Shown here in pieces: positions 1-6,725 of a stretch of 9,621 nucleotides of DNA (the stretch's first letter is position 1; every line of letters starts with the position of its first letter). The stretch spans positions 1 to 9,621 of the forward strand of contig CAYRPF010000097.1 in the NCBI GenBank assembly GCA_964426185.1, given 5' to 3'. The notes below the pieces were generated by a model. The model had not been told where the DNA came from. It saw only the letters and a list, made by a program, of their open reading frames with translations, and did not search any database. Source of the stretch: an uncultured archaeon (lineage in GTDB: Archaea > Asgardarchaeota > Lokiarchaeia > Sigyniarchaeales > Promethearchaeaceae). The translations under genes were made by a program, and so were the position numbers.

Positions 1-1
1 A

Positions 2-157
2 GATATTGAAGAACAAATTAATCCCAATGTTGTCGCAATTGCGGGAAAAATAACATCTAACAACGAATTTTTGGCAAAAATTTCCCATGATTTCCATATT
101 CCTATAATAAATTGTTTAATCGAGCCTGAGAAATTACTGAAACAATTAAATATCTAA
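2..157 (+). CDS. 3' end of a protein truncated by the window edge (..DIEEQINPNVVAIAGKITSNNEFLAKISHDFHIPIINCLIEPEKLLKQLNI*); product uncertain
   Basis: Own translation, not in the ORF track. Frame +2 is open from base 2 to TAA at 155-157, directly abutting the stop of the - strand gene at 158. It has a beta-alpha-beta-alpha like pattern loosely reminiscent of DUF1611-type C-termini (weak). Confidence 0.7.
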   Translation, partial: DIEEQINPNVVAIAGKITSNNEFLAKISHDFHIPIINCLIEPEKLLKQLNI

Positions 158-2098
158 TTAATTGCGTGCAACCCATAATTCCGCAAAATAAGCAGCAATA
201 TCTTCTAATTTTTCCCTCTCCAATGAATCTATAATTCCACTGGCAAATTCCTCAAAAATTGCTTGCCGAATTTTGGAAACATTTGTTTTTCGGCCAACTT
301 TCTTTTTTATCTTTTTATAAAAACGATCAAAGGGAATTAAAATATTATCTATAAGCCAATCTTCAAGTAAAGGTGTTTCTTTGAGAATACCGCGCTCATA
401 ATTCATATTAATTTTCAGTAATCGCTCTTCTGTGAAAAAATAGTTATCAGGAATATCATAATATTTAGCGAATGTTTTTTTTACCTTTGACTTATTACGA
501 CTTAAATAATAATCTTGCCAATTATTATCAGCCAATGGAACATCTTTAAATACTCTCATTTCCATAACCCGAAGAGCGATCTTTTGCGGGGTATAACGAG
601 TTAGATTGTCGCGAAAATTTTCTATGACTAATTCAGGCTTTTCTCTTATAAAGACCCGGGAGACAAGATTTTTTAAAATTACACAAATTACATGAACCAT
701 TTCATCAAAATATTGAGAATACATGGTAGAAGGGGGCACTGATGACATTAATATATCATGAAGTTTTTGGTTGATAGATTTTAATAAAGAAGCAAAAAAA
801 TTTTCATTCATTTCGTGAATATTTTGCTGGAAAATGATGTAAAAGACCCTATCAAAAGTATTTTCCATTTCAAACCGTATACCTTGAAATAAGAATAGAT
901 CTAAAATTGGAAATGATTTTGGAATTGTAGATTTACTGGTAAGATAAGATTGAAGAACTTCGTTAAATCTTTTTGGATAATAAAAATAATCTTGCAAAGG
1001 AATGGTTAATACCTCGAGAGGGAGAAAATACTGACAATAAAAAAAGAACAACTGATATTGACGATAAATTGGAGCCCGATTATTGGATTGAAATGTAGAG
1101 AATAAAGAAGCACATTCATTGATATAATTAAAAATTTCTTGATATTTCTCGATATTTCCATAATGGATAAGAGTAGGAGCCTTATCTATTAGAATTTCAT
1201 GAACTAGTTGATTTGTATTGAATGTTGAATCTTCCACTCGGGAAGCGATAAAATTAGTTATATCTAAGAGAGGAGTAATATGTTCAAGAACTTGAGATTT
1301 TCGTTGCAAAGTATAAAAAACTCGGACTATATGAGCATTGCTTTTCGAGTAGGCATCTAATGCCATTGGATATAATTTTTCTTTCCTTAAATAAAGTTTC
1401 GACAATAAGTTTTTATCAATCCCAGGTAACAATTCAGCAAAATCGTAAATTAGAGAATTTAAGAAGGATTTCAAGAAATTCGTATCTAATTTTTGAAAAT
1501 GAATCAAAAAATCAAGATTAAATTCTTTATTCTCTGAACCTTCCCCTATTTTGGCACACATTATATTAAATGATAGTTTTTCTTTTATTATATCAGAGAT
1601 TAACCTGCTAAATACCATTACAATTGAGTTAAAAATATAAGAAATTATTCGATAATAATGATCGGGATGATGATATCTTTTTTTGAATTGGATGAAATGT
1701 TCCATTTCTTCTTGAGAGAGAGAATAGCGATAAAGAAAAAATAGATCAGAATGAGGATTTGTTATATTTCCTTCAACACTCTTTAAATGCAATTGTTTTA
1801 TATTAAAAGCAAGAAACATATTCTCAAAAAAATAGCGAAACAACCAATCGAATTTAGCATAAAAAAAACGGGTTAAATTCGGAAATGTTTGAGATTCTTT
1901 TTCTTCAGGATGACGTTTTAAGTATTTACGGCGCCATGAAACATATGAAAATCGGACCTTTTTTCGCCAAAATGGAAATGTTTTACGTTTACGATATATT
2001 TCATCCATCATCCAAGATTGCAAATCTCGAATATTTGCCCAATTTTCCGTGAAATTATCACCGATACGTTCGAGAAAAGATTGTAAGTTTTCTGTCAC
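158..2098 (-). CDS. Large hypothetical protein (646 aa), predicted mostly helical, aromatic-rich, no recognisable catalytic motif
   Basis: 1941-nt open frame in an AT-rich window. GTG start with GAGGA (plus strand tcctc 2106-2110) 7 nt upstream. No family recognised. Confidence 0.85.
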   Translation of the reverse strand: MTENLQSFLERIGDNFTENWANIRDLQSWMMDEIYRKRKTFPFWRKKVRFSYVSWRRKYLKRHPEEKESQTFPNLTRFFYAKFDWLFRYFFENMFLAFNIKQLHLKSVEGNITNPHSDLFFLYRYSLSQEEMEHFIQFKKRYHHPDHYYRIISYIFNSIVMVFSRLISDIIKEKLSFNIMCAKIGEGSENKEFNLDFLIHFQKLDTNFLKSFLNSLIYDFAELLPGIDKNLLSKLYLRKEKLYPMALDAYSKSNAHIVRVFYTLQRKSQVLEHITPLLDITNFIASRVEDSTFNTNQLVHEILIDKAPTLIHYGNIEKYQEIFNYINECASLFSTFQSNNRAPIYRQYQLFFFYCQYFLPLEVLTIPLQDYFYYPKRFNEVLQSYLTSKSTIPKSFPILDLFLFQGIRFEMENTFDRVFYIIFQQNIHEMNENFFASLLKSINQKLHDILMSSVPPSTMYSQYFDEMVHVICVILKNLVSRVFIREKPELVIENFRDNLTRYTPQKIALRVMEMRVFKDVPLADNNWQDYYLSRNKSKVKKTFAKYYDIPDNYFFTEERLLKINMNYERGILKETPLLEDWLIDNILIPFDRFYKKIKKKVGRKTNVSKIRQAIFEEFASGIIDSLEREKLEDIAAYFAELWVARN

Positions 2099-2250
2099 TA
2101 TGTCATCCTCAATTTATACTATACATGTTAAGGAGTTTTTGTTCTATTTTAAAGTTACTACTAATTAGTTATTTTTGCTATATGTTATTTTATTAAGATA
2201 CTTATGCTTATAATTTTTTTAAGATGGAAATATTATTTCAATAGTCGAAG
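2099..2250. promoter_or_regulatory. Divergent AT-rich promoter region between the 646-aa gene and the hydro-lyase cluster
   Basis: 152-nt intergenic gap between head-to-head genes. TATA-like T-run/TTAAG at 2214-2223, about 30 nt upstream of ATG 2251. Short palindrome ACTAATTAGT at 2160-2169. Confidence 0.5.
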
Positions 2251-3177
2251 ATGGAAGATTTATCTCAAAGAAAATTAAAAGAAATCATTGATACAGCAAT
2301 TTATCAACTTATTCTACAGTCTTCGACTTCTGTTCATCAAGATGTTCTATCTTACTTACAAAATTGTTTAAATTTGACACAACCACAGTCCATTCCAGCT
2401 ATACAACTTAATTTAATGATTAAAAATCTAAAATTTGGGCAAGAAAAGAAGCTCCCCATTTGTCAAGATACAGGACACTTGAATTTTTTCATTCAACTGG
2501 GAAGCAAATTCCCCATTATTTCCAATTTTAAGCAAGAAATAGAAAATAATTTAGAAAAATTAACAAATGAAGCTAAAATTCGCCCGAATACAGTTGATCC
2601 TTTAACAAATAATAATCCTCAAAATAATTTGGGAGAAAAATACCCCCCAATCTATCTCGAAATTATTCCTCAATCTGAAGACTTAATTATAACGGTGCTT
2701 AATAAAGGAGGAGGTTCAGAGAATATTTCGCAGCTTTTTATGCTTCCTGCTGCTTCTGGAAAAGAACAAATTATACCCACAATACTTTCATCACTTCAAA
2801 AAGATGCAAGAAAAGCATGCCCTCCTATTATTGTAGGATTAGGGATTGGGGGTGATGCAGTTAAATCATTATTTCTTGCAAAAAAATCTCTACTTCGTCC
2901 ACTTGGCTCAAAAAACCCCCGTAAAGACATTCAGGAACTTGAAAGTGACCTCTTAGACAAAATTAATGCTCTTGAAATCGGTGTTATGGGTTTGGGGGGA
3001 CCTTGTTCTTGTTTAGACGTTCATATTGAATGTTCTATGCGACATCCTGCCACATATCCAGTAGCAATGGTTGTAGACTGTTATTCTCATAGAACTCGAT
3101 CCTGTCGAATCACAGCCGATGGAAAAATCATTTTTGGAACTTTAGATAATTTCTATCAATTCATCTCAAATTCTTAA
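2251..3177 (+). CDS. fumA: Class I Fe-S hydro-lyase alpha subunit (fumarate hydratase / L-tartrate dehydratase alpha family)
   Basis: Family motifs LPICQDTG, KGGGSEN, CPPIIVGLGIGG, GVMGLGG and RHPA...CYSHR, including the three Cys ligands of the [4Fe-4S] cluster. Substrate cannot be fixed from sequence alone. Confidence 0.92.
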   Translation: MEDLSQRKLKEIIDTAIYQLILQSSTSVHQDVLSYLQNCLNLTQPQSIPAIQLNLMIKNLKFGQEKKLPICQDTGHLNFFIQLGSKFPIISNFKQEIENNLEKLTNEAKIRPNTVDPLTNNNPQNNLGEKYPPIYLEIIPQSEDLIITVLNKGGGSENISQLFMLPAASGKEQIIPTILSSLQKDARKACPPIIVGLGIGGDAVKSLFLAKKSLLRPLGSKNPRKDIQELESDLLDKINALEIGVMGLGGPCSCLDVHIECSMRHPATYPVAMVVDCYSHRTRSCRITADGKIIFGTLDNFYQFISNS

Positions 3178-3203
3178 ACAGAATCTCATGGAAAGTGAAA
3201 ACG

Positions 3204-3746
3204 ATGACAACTTATCATTTAAATTTACCTTTAACCCAACTTAATATTCATGATTTCCATATTGGTGATATAATTTATTTATCAGGCATAATCGGGACAG
3301 GAAGAGATCATGTACATAAACGAATTTGTGAATTCATCGAAAATGATGAGTCATTACCCCCTTTATTTTCAAACTTTCATCAAGGAGCAATATATCATAT
3401 GGGTCCAATTGTAAAAAAACAATCTGATGGGAAATACCAAATTATTTCAGGTGGACCTACTACTAGCTCTCGCATGGAACCATATCAAGAAAGAGTATGT
3501 AAGAATTTAGAAATTAGATTTGTAATTGGAAAAGGAGGTATGAAAAATATTGATTGGAATAAAATTAATGCAATTTATCTCTCTTTTCCAGGAGGAGTAG
3601 GTGCAATTGTTTCTAAATTTATTTCCAAAATCATCTCTGTGGAATGGTTAGATTTTGGAACTCCAGAAGCAGTATGGATATTAAAAATGAACCATTTCGG
3701 GCCATTAATCGTCAGTATTGATACTGAAAACCAAAGTTTATATTAA
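3204..3746 (+). CDS. fumB: Class I Fe-S hydro-lyase beta subunit (fumarate hydratase / tartrate dehydratase beta family)
   Basis: Motifs GDIIYLSG..TGRD..HKR, GPTTSSRM, IGKGG, YL..PGG.GA, PEAVW and FGPLIVSID. The ORF track starts at GTG 3195; ATG 3204 is preferred because AAGTGA (3193-3198) can act as its RBS. Confidence 0.92.
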   Translation: MTTYHLNLPLTQLNIHDFHIGDIIYLSGIIGTGRDHVHKRICEFIENDESLPPLFSNFHQGAIYHMGPIVKKQSDGKYQIISGGPTTSSRMEPYQERVCKNLEIRFVIGKGGMKNIDWNKINAIYLSFPGGVGAIVSKFISKIISVEWLDFGTPEAVWILKMNHFGPLIVSIDTENQSLY

Positions 3747-3766
3747 GAAATTTTTGAAGGATTATC

Positions 3767-4813
3767 ATGACTCCTAAAAACTCCTTTCTCAAACCAGGAA
3801 AACTTCCCCCGGAATTAATGAAAAGATTGCTAAATCATTTTAAACATCCTCCTAATGATGCAAATGTGAAGATCACTCCGACATTTGGCCAAGATACCGG
3901 AATTTTTCAATTAGACAGATCATATGTTGTTGTTAAGACTAATCCCGTGACTTTCGCCACTGATGATATTGGATACTATGCTGTTATATTAAATGCGAAT
4001 GATATTGCCCTTTCTGGAGCAATCCCAAAGTGGTTTTCCACAACTATTCTTCTTCCAGAAAAAAATTCTGATGAAAAATTGTGTGAAGACATCTTTCAAA
4101 GCATTGCTGAAGAATGCAAAAAACTAGAAATTGCCGTGGTGGCAGGGCACACGGAAGTTACTTATGGAATTGATCACCCAATCGTTGTTGGGACAATGAT
4201 GGGCAAGATTCCCATCGATAGAAACATAATTTCAACATTTGGAGGAAAACCAAATGATGATCTACTATTAATTAATCCTATTGGAATAGAAGGAACTTCA
4301 ATTATAGCCAGAGAACGATCTGAATACTTACTGAAAAACCAAATTTCTGCTGAACAAATAAATGAGGGTAAGAAATTTCTATACAACCCTGGAATCAGCA
4401 TCATTGATGAAGCTAAGTTGTTGACTGAAAATTTTAAAGTTCATGCCATACATGGCCCAACTGAAGGAGGAATCTCCATGGGATTGGTTGAATTGGCAAG
4501 AAATTCTCAATGTGGGTTAGAAATCAAGAAAAAAGAAATTCTAATAGACCCCTTAACTCTGAAATTAAGTGAACTTTTTCAAATCAATCCCCTCGGTTTA
4601 ATTTCTTCTGGATGTTTGATCGTAGCAGTGAATCCAGAAGAAACAGTGCAAATTATGGAATTTTTCCAACAGCGCAAAATTCCAATCTCTCTGATAGGAA
4701 AATTGATTGAAAAAGAAACAGAATATATTATGATCGAAGAAAATGGAACAAAAAGGAAACTAAAATATTCACACATTGATGAGATCACAAAAATTTTTAT
4801 GGATTCGAAGTAG
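3767..4813 (+). CDS. AIR synthase-related (PurM/HypE/ThiL/SelD fold) protein with degenerate active-site aspartates
   Basis: GKLPPE N-terminus, NANDIA..GA.P.WF..TILLP, GHTEVT, GIEGTSIIA, PTEGG...GL.ELA, NPLGLISSG.L and C-terminal DEI match the archaeal HypE-like/AIR-synthase-related family. RBS GAAGGA at 3756-3761. Confidence 0.85.
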   Translation: MTPKNSFLKPGKLPPELMKRLLNHFKHPPNDANVKITPTFGQDTGIFQLDRSYVVVKTNPVTFATDDIGYYAVILNANDIALSGAIPKWFSTTILLPEKNSDEKLCEDIFQSIAEECKKLEIAVVAGHTEVTYGIDHPIVVGTMMGKIPIDRNIISTFGGKPNDDLLLINPIGIEGTSIIARERSEYLLKNQISAEQINEGKKFLYNPGISIIDEAKLLTENFKVHAIHGPTEGGISMGLVELARNSQCGLEIKKKEILIDPLTLKLSELFQINPLGLISSGCLIVAVNPEETVQIMEFFQQRKIPISLIGKLIEKETEYIMIEENGTKRKLKYSHIDEITKIFMDSK

Positions 4814-5510
4814 CATAAAATATAATTTCAAACGGGACAATTTTCTTAGTGCCTGGTTTTGAGAGCATTAATTCAATTTTATCTCCATTTATTAGGGGGA
4901 TATGTCCTCTACCTTTAATTTGCTGCCGATTTACCCAGGTCCCCCATCGACTTTGATTATCTTCAATTGAATATTGTCCACTAGATTCTTTTCGTATAAT
5001 AAAGTGCTGATGAATAATACGGTTAAATTTATCCTTTTTGACCCTGGAAATGGAATTTAACCACTCAACATCATAATCTACTGGAGAAACTAAGGGTAAT
5101 ATGGTGTTTCGGCCAAAATAAAATATATGTTCTTTAGGTGATATTTTGATTTGCTTATTAATTTGAGGAAAAACCAATAATGCCCCATCAATAGGAGGTA
5201 TAGCCGCTCTCGGCGAAAACGGGGTAATGGGAGAAGAAAAGGAAGGAGTAGTGGATGGTTGTTGTGCCGATCGAGGAAAAGGAGTAGCTTGAGGAGGCTG
5301 TGAAATATTCAAACTTGTTCCGTTTTGCTTTGGTATTGATTTATAATCACCAGATGGATGCGCGTCTGGTTTGTAGTTTTTTATTGCTTCATTCACTTGT
5401 TCATTTAAAGGAGAACCGCACAATTCACATATAACGTCAAGCTTTTGTGAAGGAAGAATATTCAAATTCATGTGGTGCCCACAATACGGACAAATAATGT
5501 TAAGTTGCAC
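4797..5510 (-). CDS. Zinc-ribbon + Pro/Ser/Thr-rich linker + FHA (forkhead-associated) domain protein
   Basis: CPYC(7-10) and CELC(28-31); low-complexity linker at about aa 50-106; FHA hallmarks FGR(132-134), ISR(154-156)..HF, and IED.QS.WGTWVN...L.NGD.I.L. GTG start. Confidence 0.82.
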   Translation of the reverse strand: MQLNIICPYCGHHMNLNILPSQKLDVICELCGSPLNEQVNEAIKNYKPDAHPSGDYKSIPKQNGTSLNISQPPQATPFPRSAQQPSTTPSFSSPITPFSPRAAIPPIDGALLVFPQINKQIKISPKEHIFYFGRNTILPLVSPVDYDVEWLNSISRVKKDKFNRIIHQHFIIRKESSGQYSIEDNQSRWGTWVNRQQIKGRGHIPLINGDKIELMLSKPGTKKIVPFEIIFYATSNP

Positions 5511-5681
5511 TTTTATCCCAAGTAATATGCTTTTTTGTCACGTATAAAATTTTGGAACTCAAATAATATATTCTTTGGTTCTGAATCAAAGAAAGAAAGT
5601 AAAAAATAATTATTTTCTTTTGGGAATATTAGTGACAATTTTTTACTGATCAAACTTGATCACATTTAAATTAGCTGTGGA
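5511..5681. promoter_or_regulatory. Intergenic region upstream of the FHA gene with several inverted repeats (candidate operator sites or structured leader)
   Basis: TTCTTTGGTTC-T-GAATCAAAGAA (5571-5593, 10/11 match), AAAATAATTATTTT (5603-5616), TGATCAA-AC-TTGATCA (5647-5662, perfect), and TTGTCAC (5535-5541) / GTGACAA (5632-5638). Confidence 0.4.
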
Positions 5682-6167
5682 TTAAGTTTTATCAAAATAC
5701 GTGGCAAAAAGAAGCGCGCCAAAGGCTGCGATATTATCCGCCAGAACAAATAAAGTAGATTTCTCATCTACTAAAATGCTACATACACCATAACTGATTC
5801 CAAAAGTTATTCCAAATACCACCATGGTCAAAAAGACAGGTCTAATATATGGATTTTTCCATAACAATGATATTGTTGAAATAAAGGCAGTTTTAGCCAT
5901 TTTCTTTCTTGTTTTTTTCTTTTTGCTTTTATAATGCTTCTTTTGAAGATTATGTATCTTAGTTATATTTGTTTCAAAAAGAATAATTACACTATACGCA
6001 GTGGCAAATATTACACCAAGAGGAATAAGAATAATAATAGGACGGGACCCTATCTGGAGGCCATATTGAGCCAATAACATGAAAATCAGTTGATATAACC
6101 CCATAACCCCAAAATAGATTAGAGCTAATCCAAAAGATTTGCCTCGAAACCAATTCAATTTTACCAT
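5682..6167 (-). CDS. Hypothetical membrane protein with about 4 TM helices and a polybasic central loop
   Basis: Four hydrophobic stretches arranged as two hairpins separated by KKHYKSKKKKTRKK. Start placed at ATG 6167 (MVKLNW..) rather than TTG 6218, because the upstream extension crosses a T9 tract. Confidence 0.75.
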   Translation of the reverse strand: MVKLNWFRGKSFGLALIYFGVMGLYQLIFMLLAQYGLQIGSRPIIILIPLGVIFATAYSVIILFETNITKIHNLQKKHYKSKKKKTRKKMAKTAFISTISLLWKNPYIRPVFLTMVVFGITFGISYGVCSILVDEKSTLFVLADNIAAFGALLFATYFDKT

Positions 6168-6201
6168 AATTATCCGTGTGTTTATAATTTGTGATCTTAT
6201 T

Positions 6202-6210
6202 AAAAAAAAA
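6202..6210 (-). terminator. Oligo-T (T9) candidate archaeal intrinsic terminator
   Basis: A9 on the plus strand is T9 on the minus strand, 14 nt after the stop codon at 6225. Confidence 0.4.
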
Positions 6211-6224
6211 TGGTTCAATATTGT

Positions 6225-6713
6225 TTAAAGTAAAGTATTGGCTTTCTTAATCAATTCCCGAAGATATAATCGAATCGCAAATAAAATGGCATCAAGTGTG
6301 ATTGTTCCTTGCAGATATTGATCGTGTTCAATGGAAAGAATGAAAATTCCAATTTTCAAAGCATTGCGATCTGATAAATCACGTGCTCTAATTCTCACAT
6401 ATACTGTTGCTGGGGGAGAATTAAGAGTAATCTTCATGTTCCAGAGTTTTCCATGATGATCTGGGGTACCCTTATCTTCTACTATGATTTCTCCTTTAGC
6501 ATTGAATTTCTGAAAAAGTGTTCCAGTAGGATCTAAAATAATTTTGTCATCTATCTCGAATTCAAAGTTTAATTCTGCTGTGCTTTTAAAAATAGGTGTG
6601 TTTAAGGGTATTAATGGCTTCCAGAATTCCGGATCATATATTTTTGCTTGGTATTTTGCGAGATTTTGATTTGGAAGGACTTCCACAACTGAAAGCAAGG
6701 GTTTTTCGGTCAT
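6225..6713 (-). CDS. Hypothetical protein, putative SRPBCC/START-like (helix-grip) fold
   Basis: 162 aa. N-terminal strand, then IYDPEFWKPLIP resembling the CoxG/SRPBCC 'L.DPE....IP' signature, a series of alternating hydrophobic beta-strands and a long C-terminal amphipathic helix. RBS AGGTGA at 6720-6725. The CDS is solid; the fold call is pattern inference. Confidence 0.6.
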   Translation of the reverse strand: MTEKPLLSVVEVLPNQNLAKYQAKIYDPEFWKPLIPLNTPIFKSTAELNFEFEIDDKIILDPTGTLFQKFNAKGEIIVEDKGTPDHHGKLWNMKITLNSPPATVYVRIRARDLSDRNALKIGIFILSIEHDQYLQGTITLDAILFAIRLYLRELIKKANTLL

Positions 6714-6719
6714 AAATAA

Positions 6720-6725
6720 TCACCT
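6720..6725 (-). promoter_or_regulatory. Shine-Dalgarno AGGTGA overlapping the upstream gene's TGA stop (translational coupling)
   Basis: Minus strand reads AGG TGA TTA TTT ATG; 6-nt spacing to the ATG at 6713. Confidence 0.65.

Noticed and set aside
158-2098. CRISPR effector or HEPN nuclease interpretation of the large orphan
   Set aside because: Only chance-level R..H spacings; no CRISPR repeats or cas genes are visible in the window.
4174-4404. 76-aa minus-strand ORF
   Set aside because: Antisense shadow wholly inside the well-supported PurM-like gene, with no motif.
4579-4788. 69-aa minus-strand ORF
   Set aside because: Antisense shadow inside the PurM-like gene; F/S/I-rich composition is typical of reverse-complement frames.
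3767-4813. Calling the gene selD, hypE, thiL or purM
   Set aside because: It lacks the SelD N-terminal Cys/Sec-x-x-Lys motif and the HypE C-terminal PRIC motif, and catalytic aspartates are altered; only the fold family is supportable.
6168-6218. TTG-initiated 17-aa N-terminal extension of the 4-TM protein
   Set aside because: It spans a T9 terminator-like tract and AT-rich intergenic-like sequence; ATG 6167 is more plausible.
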